In this document: one piece after another, positions 13,201 to 24,599 of the stretch
Numbering within the stretch: the first letter of the stretch is position 1
Layout: every line of letters starts with the position of its first letter
NCBI GenBank assembly: GCA_001643675.2
Contig: LSRY02000026.1
Location: 1,178,001 to 1,242,000 of the forward strand
DNA: 64,000 nt
Direction: 5' to 3'
From: Monocercomonoides exilis PA203
Taxonomy: Eukaryota > Protista > Preaxostyla
Notes under the pieces: model-generated
Told to the model about the DNA's origin: nothing
Database searches by the model: none
Seen by the model: only the letters and a program-made list of their open reading frames with translations
Made by a program: the position numbers and the translations under genes

Positions 13201-15109
13201 CAGGAAGATCCCTCTAAGTTTCCTCTTTTTCTTCCGAACTTGTCTGGAGAAAACACATTTTAGGCAAAGCAAAAGAAAGATCATACGCTTGTTGTTTCTC
13301 CGACACTTGTTCCTTTTTGTGTGCAACCAGAGACGATAACGCAATGTGTGTGACAGGTTATGTGAGCGCTCACGTTCTGTAACAAAAGAGCCAAGCCGCT
13401 TGAGCTTCTCCTCTTTGACGAGGCAGAGGAGGTATAGATGCAGCTTTAGAAGTTGCAGAGCACAAATATTTGCTGCCAGAGAAGGATGAAGAAACATTCA
13501 TGATGTTCAGGCAAGCGAATCGCGGGTAGCTCAGAGTTGGAGAGGACTATGAATTACTTGCAGAATCCACGGAAGACAAGTCATCGGAATTCTACAGCTT
13601 CGTAATTTACAATACGCAGCTTCCAATGAACTTCTTCTTTTTCTCGATGCAGAAGCATGAACAGAGCCTACCAATGACAACAAATAATCCTCCTTGAATT
13701 CGATAAATCATCTATTGCATTGAATTGTTGATGCAAAAGAAAAATAATTATTATAAATTCGTATTTTCGATATGTTACAAAGTGAATGCATGACAAAATA
13801 ACAACAAAAAGAAATGCAACAAACCTCGTTATTTATTTATCAAAAGTCTTTCCCATAAAAGAAACACAAAATATTGTGATACATGCCATTTATTTCATGA
13901 AACATGTTTTGAGTCATATTCTTGCAACTAAATTATTTGCATATTTAATAAAACAACATAATTCAAATTACAAAAAGAATGTTCATTAGAAAGATAAGCA
14001 AAAAGTTTGATAATGCTTTGGATAGATGAAAGAAGGAAAAATAAAAAAAAAACCTCCTTTCAGATTAATTATTAAAAATTCTATTCTGGTTTGTTCAAAA
14101 AAAAAAATGTGAGACTAGAGTTATTTTCATGGTTTGTACGGTATTTAAACATTGATGTAATTTGACATATTATTTGTTATTTGATGGAAAATAATTGTCC
14201 GACGATCTCTTATTTTTCAAAAAGATTTTTTGACCAGTAAATTTTATTCTATATTCATGATTCCCATGTTGAGAGTCTTTCTTCTTTCAGGTTTGTTTTT
14301 GAAATTTAAAACTTTGAAAAACCATCACATGAAAGGATTGTTATTTATCAAAGATCAATTTTTGATTATTTCAGTTGGGTCTGTGTGAAGGTGAATAAGC
14401 TCTGTGATTTTTAAATTATGAAGAATTTAGATAAGGGTTTAATTATCTTTTGGCGTTATATATAAATAATCTTGTTTCAATTTATTTTTCACATATAAAG
14501 CAAAATGCATAACTGAGTGAAGAGTGCTTCAAATATTTCAAGTCATTCACTCTGATTGCAAATGAAATGCTCTGATTAACTTGGTTTGTAATTACTGATA
14601 CGTTCATCGATTTTATCCTTTTGAATTTAATTATTGTATGTTCTTTTGGATAAGAATTTGAATTGTTAGTTATAAAATATATCAGATGAAATAAGTCGTG
14701 GAGAAAAGAAAACAAACGTTGAACATTCATTGTTACAGCACATGCCAAAGAATTTTCCGTTCAAATTGAGCGTTAATTGAACACATTATTAATGACATTT
14801 CTCCTTCAAGTACAAAAATTGCAAATCGACCAGACATTGAAAAACCTTCAATTTTTTTATCCTCCTCATATTCTTCTTTCACAGAATCTGCTGAGATTTT
14901 TTTGGAAAAGCCGCTGGATACGGTGTTCTTTAGTTCAAGGCTTTCACTTGAGTGCTTGTGAAACCACAAACAGGTTGTTAAAATGAAGAAACGATGAATG
15001 TGGAGAATAGATCACGGAGCAGTGTTGCATGGAAACTAGATGAACATTCACGGTAGTTGCAACAACCTACTGACAAATAGATCTGATCGAACGAAGAAGC
15101 ATCTGCCTG

Positions 15110-15600
15110 TTGAAGGACCCAAGCGAAAGCAGCTCGAGCTCAAGACATTCTTTTGCAGGTGAAGAAAGCAGCGAAAAAGGGAAAAAGGAGAAGCCATTGT
15201 GCTTAGAGTTCTTTGCGATTGACGAGATTGACAGGATGTTGGACTTTGGATTCATGCTTGATTATAGGAAGATTATAGGATTCGCCTTTGGATTACGTCA
15301 GGATGCCTTTAACAGCAACAAAAAAGACAGAGAAGGTGATAGTGACCATGACAGAGCATTCTTTGGATGGACTGATCCAACACAAAGCCCACGTTCATAT
15401 GTTCCCTCACCGTCGCCGCCTCCAGTAACCTTCAGATCATTTTCTTCCTCCTCCTCTTCTTATTCGCAAAGCCCGATTTCTGCCTCTGTCAACCTCTCCG
15501 CTGAGAATTTTTGCCCACAGATCCTTTTGTTCTCGTCCACATAGCCTCCGTGGATCAACACCCTGTGCAGGCACTTTTTGGTATCGAAGCCCAATTCAAT
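15110..15600 (+). pseudogene. DEAD-box RNA helicase fragment (cargo)
   Basis: FFAIDEIDRMLDFGF = motif II region (DExDRMLDxGF); QILLFSST*PPWI = motif III region (LLFSATxPxW) with an in-frame stop. Confidence 0.7.
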
Positions 15601-16744
15601 GTGGGTTGATTTCGTTCGATCTCATGTATAATCCTCTCTATTATCTGCAAGCACAGTGCAAGCAAGTGATTGAAAAAAAAGAATGAGAAATTGGAGAGAT
15701 GGTTTGAAAACCTTTGAAGGAATCTAAAGATGGAGCATCGTATTTTCTAACAAAAAGACCGAGGAAAATAGCTTGCATATAAGCCAAGAAGAAGCCTTTT
15801 CGCTGTCACCCATTGCACAGTAATCTTAAACATGCACAGATGGAACATACGCTGCAGTTGTAAAGGATGGACAACATTGCTTTGCTGATTGCCACTGATG
15901 CGCAAGCGCGAAGAATTATTTATCCACATGAAGAACAGATTGTTGAGAAGCTTGCACCAACTGACACCGAGACAAACGCGCATTGTTCTGGAAGAACAAA
16001 GGAAAGTTCGAGAAGAAGAAAATTAGTTGTGTCGAATAATCATATGGATGAATTCCTTGCAAAGGTGGAATGACAGAGTACGATGAAGTTTAAAACACAC
16101 TTCTGCACTGTTAGAGTGGTAAATGATAAGTGCAGCTGGAAGAAATTCAGCAGAGCAGATTGTGGCCGTTTCAGATTATCTAGTACCATTCTTCAAATAT
16201 GTCGCAGAGTTGCTTGTGAATAACTTGGAGGAGGATGATCGAAGGTGGATATTATGAGAGAGGCAACGACGAGGAAAAGGAAATGAAAAATTATTGAGGC
16301 TCTTAGAAAATGATGCTTTGGCAAATTAATAAAACGAGAAATTTGGTATTGAATATAATTTTGTATTTGTTGTTTTGTTTCATTGTGATTTATGTGAAAA
16401 TTTGAAACATTTCATTTTGTTATTTGCATGTATAAAAGGAGCTAACTTTAAAAAAAATCAATGTGAATTTTATTCATTAATATTTGTATTCTCTCATAGC
16501 TTCACAATAAAATTTGGTATTTGATTCGGACAACAAAGAGAAACGAAGTGAAGTTCAACTCAAAAAACTTTAACCAAGGACTCCAAAAAAAAAGAAAGAA
16601 AAGAAAAGAAAAATTATAACAAAACAAACAACAAATTAAGCAACTTTTCAAAAATTAGAAGAAAACACTGAAAATGCATTGACAACAATAATATATCTCA
16701 AGGAAAATATATTATTAACATTTTATTCACTTTTAAGCCCTCTC

Positions 16745-17221
16745 TCAAAGTATCATCCCTGTTGAGAATGCGACTGACTCCTTTGTTGCTCCCATTTTCT
16801 TATTCATCAGCAGCTCGGGTGCCTTCCATCTCAGGCACTCTTTTTTGAAATCGTCTTCATCCTCAAACGTTGATGAAGGCAAAGAGTCACTTTCATCATC
16901 ATCATCACTTGCAGATGTCGCAACTGTTGATGAAGAGATGGATGATGAATCCGAATCATCAGAAGAACAATCTGAGTGCATTGCAATGCAGATCACCATA
17001 TGCTCTGAGAACAACACAAGGTGGGGACTCAAGTTAGCCAATGACTGAAGTGGGTTTTCCATCTCATCAAATGAATGAAGCGCAAGATTAGCCACCCAGA
17101 ACAGGATCTGAGCAGCTGTTTGTTCTCTTTCTCTCAAACTACACACTGTAAAATCCTTCATCTCATATCTTGCAATAAGTTTTTTAAGCTGTGTATCTAC
17201 TTGATCCAAAGATACAATCAC
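16745..17221 (-). pseudogene. Fragment containing a kinase-like C-lobe motif (cargo)
   Basis: CLRWKAPELL...ATKESVAFSTGMIL resembles kinase subdomains VIII-IX (RWxAPE...SDVFSxG); truncated. Confidence 0.6.
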
Positions 17222-18057
17222 CTGTTGTCAAATGATTTCTGCATCTTTTCAAAAGCTAATGTTTTATACCAAAAGAATTTCTAATTCGTTTTTGCCATTT
17301 GTTCAAAAATGATTGTTTTGAAAAAAAAACAACTAAAATAATATCGACAAGTGATGAAACAAACATGATAAATAAATGTTCAACGCAAGCGATTACTCTT
17401 TTTTTGATTCACGCTTCATTTTTAATGAAAAATATTATAATACTGATATTTGTTCATAATAAACAAATAATGAATTATAATAGACACCAAAAATTGTGTT
17501 GTGAAAAGATATCAGAAAAACGTACCATGAAAGCAACGACTTCTTCACATATCTCTGAAAATATGAATTGTTAATTTATGAACAATTTCCCTTTAAAAAA
17601 TTTTTTCAATAAAAGCTATTTTGGTTTGTGGAAAATAACAAAAAATAAGAAATGTGTTTCGTTTGTGATAAATACATAAATGGTGCATTGTTGTTTTGTG
17701 ATATATTATAATTAATTTCACAAAAAACTATAACGGGAAGATCTCTGATTTTTCAAAAAGATTATGCCATATGAAAAAATGAAAATTTAATTCGATCAAA
17801 TGTTTATTAAATGTTTCAAGTTATCTTTTTTTTAAAAAAATGATTTCATTAAGAATTTTCCTTTTTGAAAATTTAATCAAATGTTGTTGTTCAAGAAGCA
17901 CGCATCATTGTTTGAAAATGACAAATATACTTTAATCATATTTAATTGATATTAAAATGACTTATAATTAAAATTACCAATGCATTATTATCATATTTTC
18001 ATGGCATCATAATAAATTATTCTACAATAAAATATCAGCTCTAAATTTTCATTTTTT

Positions 18058-18436
18058 AATATTTCTTGACACAAATGATGAAATGTGAAAAACAAGAGAG
18101 AAAAAAGATAAAAACATAAAACGTATCCAATAATAAAACTTCATTTTGCATGTTTTATGACATTGTAATTAAAAGCAAACATGGAAAAAAATTGCTTTAA
18201 AACAAGCAAAACAAACGATCAAAAATAAATAAATAATTCCTTTGATCTTTATCAAAGACTAAAATTGAAACAATAAAAATTTGTTCTCTTTAAAAATAGA
18301 TAAATAAACTTGCAGATGTTTGTTTTTTTATTTTTTATAATGTATTTATTGAATTTCAACAATAAAAACAAAAAAGAAAAAAAAGAAAGAAAAGAAAAAG
18401 AAAAGAAGAAAAAAAGCAAAAATAACAGAATTCATG
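18058..18436 (-). repeat. Right arm of the ~380-bp inverted repeat (partner 758-1135)
   Basis: Reverse complement of 758-1135. Confidence 0.9.
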
Positions 18437-18555
18437 TTAACGTTTGGGTTTTTAATCACACTTCACAACGAATCAATTAAATTCTTTTATCAATAATAAT
18501 GTCATCACTTTTTCAATTTGTTTATTCTTTTTTAAATAGTCTCAAATGTTTAATA

Positions 18556-21500
18556 TAAGCCTGTCTGACCTGACAAATTTTTTTTGGGTCAGTGACAAAT
18601 TGAAGGACGAGTCATTTTGACGTGTCATTTCCCATATTATTTTCAAAAACATTTCCCTTTCAATTAAAAAAAAAAAGGAATGTTAAATGAAATACACACA
18701 ATGATTTAATGAATTGAAAAATATTTGACAAATTTTGATCATATTTGTCACAAAGTGTCAGTTGCGGAAATATAATTGATAATTATATATTAACCAACTT
18801 TCTTTTCCGTCTCAATGGATGTTAATCGTTCATTATTCATAAATGAGCTTTATTTTGGTATTTTTTAATTATTTTTTATCTATTGTTTTAAAATTCATGT
18901 ATTAAGAGCAATGAATTCAAAATAGATATTCATCAAAAGAGTCTATAAACTATCTGAGGCAGAAGATCAATACGAATGTGAGAATACGAAGAAATGCTAA
19001 ATGAAAAAGCTGTCAGCATTGTTAAAATCAGTCCTTCTCTAACTTCTTCTCAAGAAACACTCTGATGATAACTGAATAATTACGCAATAGGAAATGACAA
19101 CAAGGATGATTCAGCTGATATAAAAAATTATATGATTATCACTGGAACAAAAAAATAAACAAATCATGAGATTTTTTCCACAGAAGAAGGAAGATGAAGC
19201 CAAAGATTTTTTGAGGTTTTCTATATCAAAAAATAAGAGACAAGAAAATTCAAATCGTTTATTATGAAAACCAAAATTCTTATAGGACAGCTCAGTGAAG
19301 AAACAAATAAAAGTTTTTATCATAATTCAAAACTCATTCAATGACAATGCAGATTTGTTTCCTGGAGAATTTAACAATTTGACATGGTCATATCTTTTCG
19401 CAAGGTGAAGTGGAGACTGTTTTCGATAACATTTGTTATTCCATTATCACTGCACATTGCAGTGAATCCGTATGTGAATTTCTTTTTTCCGGGATTAAGC
19501 GAATGATATGTGATCACCGACATTCACTTTCTATTTATTCATTCAATTTGTCGCTTCTATCATGAATAACTTTTTTTTTGCTCACTCTTTATGAAATCAA
19601 ATAATCATCGTTTGTAATTTTTCACTCACTTCAAATGATTGAGTTATTTCTTTTTTCATTTCACTGTGATGAAAAAAAGAATTCCAAAATATTGAAAATA
19701 ACTCCCATCTTTTTGTTCAATATAATAGGAAATTCAAGTGAAAATAGCTCAGATGTTTGTGTGAATTTGATGAAAATTCAACATGTCAATTATACATCAA
19801 TTTTTTAAATTGGACTTGTTTTCTTTGGAAAGCAGGCTGATTGTTAATTTTCACTTGATGACGAATGCAGTGCCAAAGTCGGAAAACAAAATTGAGAGGC
19901 TTTTAATATCATAAAACGTTGTACATATGTGAAGCCGTTGAAGTTTGCCTTTGAAGGAGATTGCGGAGAAGGCACAACAGGATGCGGTGTTGAGGATGGA
20001 AGATGTGGTTCTACCGCCATCCGAGATTGCACTGACGGTTAAGAAGGAGCGTGAAGAGATAGAGGAAGAAAGGAAGATATGGATTGAAAGGAAGTTATCA
20101 CATAGAGCGCAGGGTGTTTGTGGAAAGAATTAAAGAGAAATAGTTGAAGGAGGAAGTAGCCATGGCATCTCTGGCTCTGGAGGCTCTTGGAGTGGGAGTG
20201 CTGAGGTGAATGAAGGAGGAAGCAGATGTGGCAAAAGTGTCTGGTTTGCTTCAAACCAAAGAAATTGATTTGTACAGAGCTTCGTGGATTAACCGAATTC
20301 AACAAGAGCTTTCAGACGCATAAGACAGAGGGGATTAAGAAGAAGCAGATAAGTCTTAAAGGATATCTGCTGAAGAAATTACAGAAGGACAGAGATAATG
20401 TGAGAAGTATTTGAAGATGAAGATGAATACTGGATGTTGATGAGGAGCAAGAGAGAGATTATGGAGAAATAGAGAGAGCTTTTGAAATGAGAAAAAAATG
20501 GAAGGAGGTCAAAGAAGTGTCCGGGGTAGATTGTGAAAAAGAAGAAAATAAAGAAGTATTAAAAAGAGAAGGTTTGAAAAAAAGAGAAAAAGAGATGTTG
20601 AAGCAGACCAAATTGATAACGTTATAGAATCTTTGAATCAGACAAAAGTCAGTGCGAAATGTTAATGTTTTCTTTCAAAGCTTTTGTTCAACAGGTTTCG
20701 GGTGAACTTCAATTTTATTTTTTAACTAAAATTCCAATTATTACAGATAGGGACGAATGAACGCTCGTTTTCCTTCAAAAATGATTTCTTCCAATTCTTT
20801 TCCAAGCAACCGCGGTTGCTCGAAACACTTCTCCAGCTTGCTTGCATCACATCCAGTTTTTTTTGGGATCCATTGTCTTGCCTGGAACGTCTTTTACCTT
20901 CTTTGAACGATTGTCGCTTTTTTTTTCAGTGATTTTTAATGATATATGAACCTTTTCAGCCACATCTTTACCACTGATTGTGAGAAAGTTGCTGCTATGG
21001 CATCTCTCTTTCCTTGTTAGAAGTACTGTCCAGACTGACTCAGACACTCCATCATCGTATCGATGTTCGCAAGGAAGCTTAAAATATGCTCTTTTTTCAT
21101 ACGAGCATATTCAATGCGAAGAACAATATATTGAAGAATGCAATTGCAGTTGAGAAGAGGAGGAAGAAGGAGAGAAGGCACTTGGTGAAGAAAGCACGAA
21201 CCATTCGATGAGAACAAAATAAGTTTGCTTCTTTCCATTTGCAAAAAGAAAATCTTTATAATTATCTTCAGCCCAGTTTTCGAATTGAATCAGCACCTCC
21301 TTGATTCTTCACCAACAGTCTTTGAATGTGCGAGCAAATGACTCTAATTCAGAAGTATTTCTGACTGTCCTTCTCTTTTTCATAACGATGTGATGAAGCG
21401 AGAGCTAATTCATTAGTGCAACATATCCTCGTTGCTTACAAGGTTCTGTTTCTGTTCCAGATGAATCTTCTTGGCATTTTGTTCTTCATTTTCTAAGGGA

Positions 21501-22616
21501 AACTTTTCTTTTTGTTCTTTAAAATTATTAAAATTATCATTTGCAGAAAAATCCGCAGTAGTTTCAACAAGATGAAAATCACTGGATTATGAAATAAAAA
21601 TACCTCTCTGCTTTTTCATTTGTTATTTCCAAGAATGCTGATTGTTGATGGGTGTTTTGAACTTATGCTGATTGTTTTCTTGTTTGCTCCACATGGATTC
21701 ATTCACTTTCATTTCGTTTTTGCAACATCTTAACAGTCTCCATTGATTTGTTTGAACGTCCAGGGACTTCTCGAAGAAATTAACGATTTGTTTCACCCGA
21801 AAGAGCAATGTCATAAAAAGAAAACTGGAGCTTCAACAAAAAATTTTTTTCAAATGTTTCGGAATTTCAATTGATGAAAATTTTCAAACTTGAAATAATC
21901 AAAAATACTCAAACTTTCAATGTCCTTTCAAACAGGAAAAAATAAATGAAAAAGTATTTGATTGAAAAGAATCAAACATTTTCATATTTTCTTTCACTCA
22001 CTGAAATCATTACTTAACAATAACTTATTTGTGCACAAGGATAGATATCAAAAAAAAATATTATCGTTCATTAAACATGAGAAACAATTCATTATACAAA
22101 CAAATGATTCACCAAAATTTTTCTGCTTGTTAATATTTGCGTTATGTGCAACAAAGAAACCAAGATAAATGCATTTATTCAGCTCACAGAAGGCTGTAAA
22201 AACGCAAAAAAAAAATAAATTGAACAAAAAGAAAGTGCAACAACAATAAGAAAAATTCATTCAGCAAATGTTAACAACTCGATAACTGTTATATTGGATT
22301 TGAAGTTTTCGATAGCCTGATTGTTTAATCCTGCCACTTGAATCGAAAAAATGCTGCTTCTTGATTATTTCTTAAAACTGACAAAATGTTTTTTAAAACA
22401 AGATCGTTACAACACTAAAATTCAAGAAAGCGTTGATCACAAACACTTTGAAATGTTCTTGAAGAACAGGAGAGAAGATGGAATAGATTGAAATTGTTAA
22501 AAATATTTCATAATGGTTCATTTTGATGAAAAAAATAGATTACAGTCAAACTTCGACAAACAAACAAAAATACTTTAAAACAAAGTCAGTACGAAATAAT
22601 CCTTTTTTTATAATTA

Positions 22617-22653
<37 letters not shown>

Positions 22654-22697
22654 TGACGGACGAGGCAAAAAATGATTTGTCAGGTCAGACGGCCTTA
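18556..22697. mobile_element. 4.1-kb hAT-like element with a degraded interior
   Basis: 8-bp TSD GTTTAATA (18548-18555, 22698-22705); TIR TAAGCCTGTCTGACCTGACAAAT vs TAAGGCCGTCTGACCTGACAAAT. Confidence 0.88.
19930..20360 (+). pseudogene. Degenerate copy of the gene fragment at about 3400-3830
   Basis: LRMEDVVLPPSEIAL matches LRMEDVVLPPAAIAL; nucleotide similarity continues for about 400 bp with indels. Confidence 0.8.
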
Positions 22698-24599
22698 GTT
22701 TAATAATTGAAACAATATTATTTTTCATATGGGTGATTTTTTTGATATCATAAAAATTTACGAAGGTTGATCAAAATATTTTTTCATTAAGGGTTTGGTT
22801 TATAAGAAAATATTTCAGAAAAAATTTGCGAAAATATGCATTAATATATTATTATAATTATTAATTTGTTGATTTTAATTTGATTTTAATTGTTTTTATT
22901 ACAAAATTTGAAGAAAACATAAAAAATTTATAATATATATAGTAATTGAAATTATAAGAACAAAACAAAAGTTAACTGGTTTGAAAAACATGAAAACAAT
23001 TATGACAATATGCTGTTAATTAATTTTTTGAATAAAATAAGTTTTATGATGTTATTGGAAATATATTCAAAAATTGCTGTTGAAGATCAAAAAACGTTTG
23101 TAGAAATCAAACAATTTTTAAAGCAAAGAGACAAAAACATGATTGAAAGCTAGATATTTTTCTAATAAACAACGCTTTGTTGTTAATTATTGTTAAAAAA
23201 CATTAATTCTTAAAACTTGTTTTTTTATTAATTGATCAAACAAAGTTTTAAAAATTGCAATGAAATAATGATTAAATAAAAGGAAATTGGGGAATTTTCA
23301 CTTTTTTTCTAAAAAAGCTTCAGCACCACAACCATACTCATTTTTTCTTCCTCCTCTTCTTCAAATATTCTCATTTTTCATCTTTTTCTTTTTGGCATCG
23401 CATTCTATTGCTTCAACGACTCCAAAGATCTCACATTCTCTGTGTTCTCTGTTCTTTTCTGTTTCTTCTCCTTCCTTTATCTTTGCAAACTCAGTTGAAT
23501 TTCCTGACAGAGATCCTTCTGCTTTTTAATCGAGAAAGAAGTTAGCAAGTTTGTGGTTAAACAACGAATCTTCAGCAGAATGCTTTTCTCCTTTCTCTTC
23601 CAACATTTCTTGCTCCTGACGCAAATGTTGAGTCAGCCAGAGTATTATCCTCCGCAATTGAGCATCGAACAGGCAACATTGTATGTTCCACATCTATCAA
23701 TAAATTTTATTCTAACTCTCCCGAAAACAGAACAAAGCAAGGTTATCTGTTGTTTCGTCTCTGGAGCTATTTTTGAAGGCTATTGTTTTTCCTGTTTAGT
23801 GAGCATGGATATCTTTCTTCGTTGTTCCAGCATTCATGCCCAAAACAATGAGTCCCTCTTTTTTCTCGACTTCATCTATCCTTCTCTTGCTGCTAGCACA
23901 TCTATCTGCAGCTCAGGCTCTTCACAGTCCGGCCTTTACCTCGATGTGGATGTCTTCTTCCTCCCCTTCAAAACCTTCTAACGCGTCAACCATATATTCG
24001 TTATCCAGGACACTTGCTCCTCTACCAGCCAGCGCTGCTCTTTGCTTGCGCCCTGCGCCTTCCTCTCCATAGCCCATCTCCACATCTTCCGCCAGGGTTG
24101 CCTTTCCCGCATCCGAATCGTATCTGTCTCGTTAAGTCTTGTTCATGAACGCTTCACAACCATTTTCTCATTGCTGTTGTCGTTTTTTTCAATACCTGCA
24201 TGTGCTCCAACCACCACTTCTCCGTCTATTTCTCTTTCATATTCACCTGTACCTCAGTCTTCGACCTCCTTGACTGATCGCTTGCTGTGTCCTCCTCCCT
24301 CTTATTCTTCCCCGAACATCATATCGACCTCAACTTTCCTCTCGTTTGTTCTTGCCAAGGCACCCTTCGCCTTTCCAACATATCTGTCCATTCCCTCCAC
24401 CTAAGCTGCCCTGTTCTTCATCTTCTCGCTTCCTCCCTCTTTCTATGCCACGCCAACCTCTTCACCCTAAGTGCCGCCTCGCCTGTGCTCCTGTTCGACG
24501 ATGGTTCCAGCTACTCCCTCGATCATCTCATGACCACGAATGTGGCAACTAAATGATTCAGCGTGCCATTTTCATCTTTTTGCTTAAAAAAGTCAATAA

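Larger units (their letters stand above)
1136..17768. mobile_element. 16.6-kb non-autonomous TIR element (Sola-like ends) carrying host-gene fragments and nested elements
   Basis: TIR GGCACAATCTTTTTGAAAAGTCGGAAAACTT vs reverse complement of the right end GGCATAATCTTTTTGAAAAATCAGAGATCTT (26/31); ATAT TSD at 1132-1135 and 17769-17772. Confidence 0.8.
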
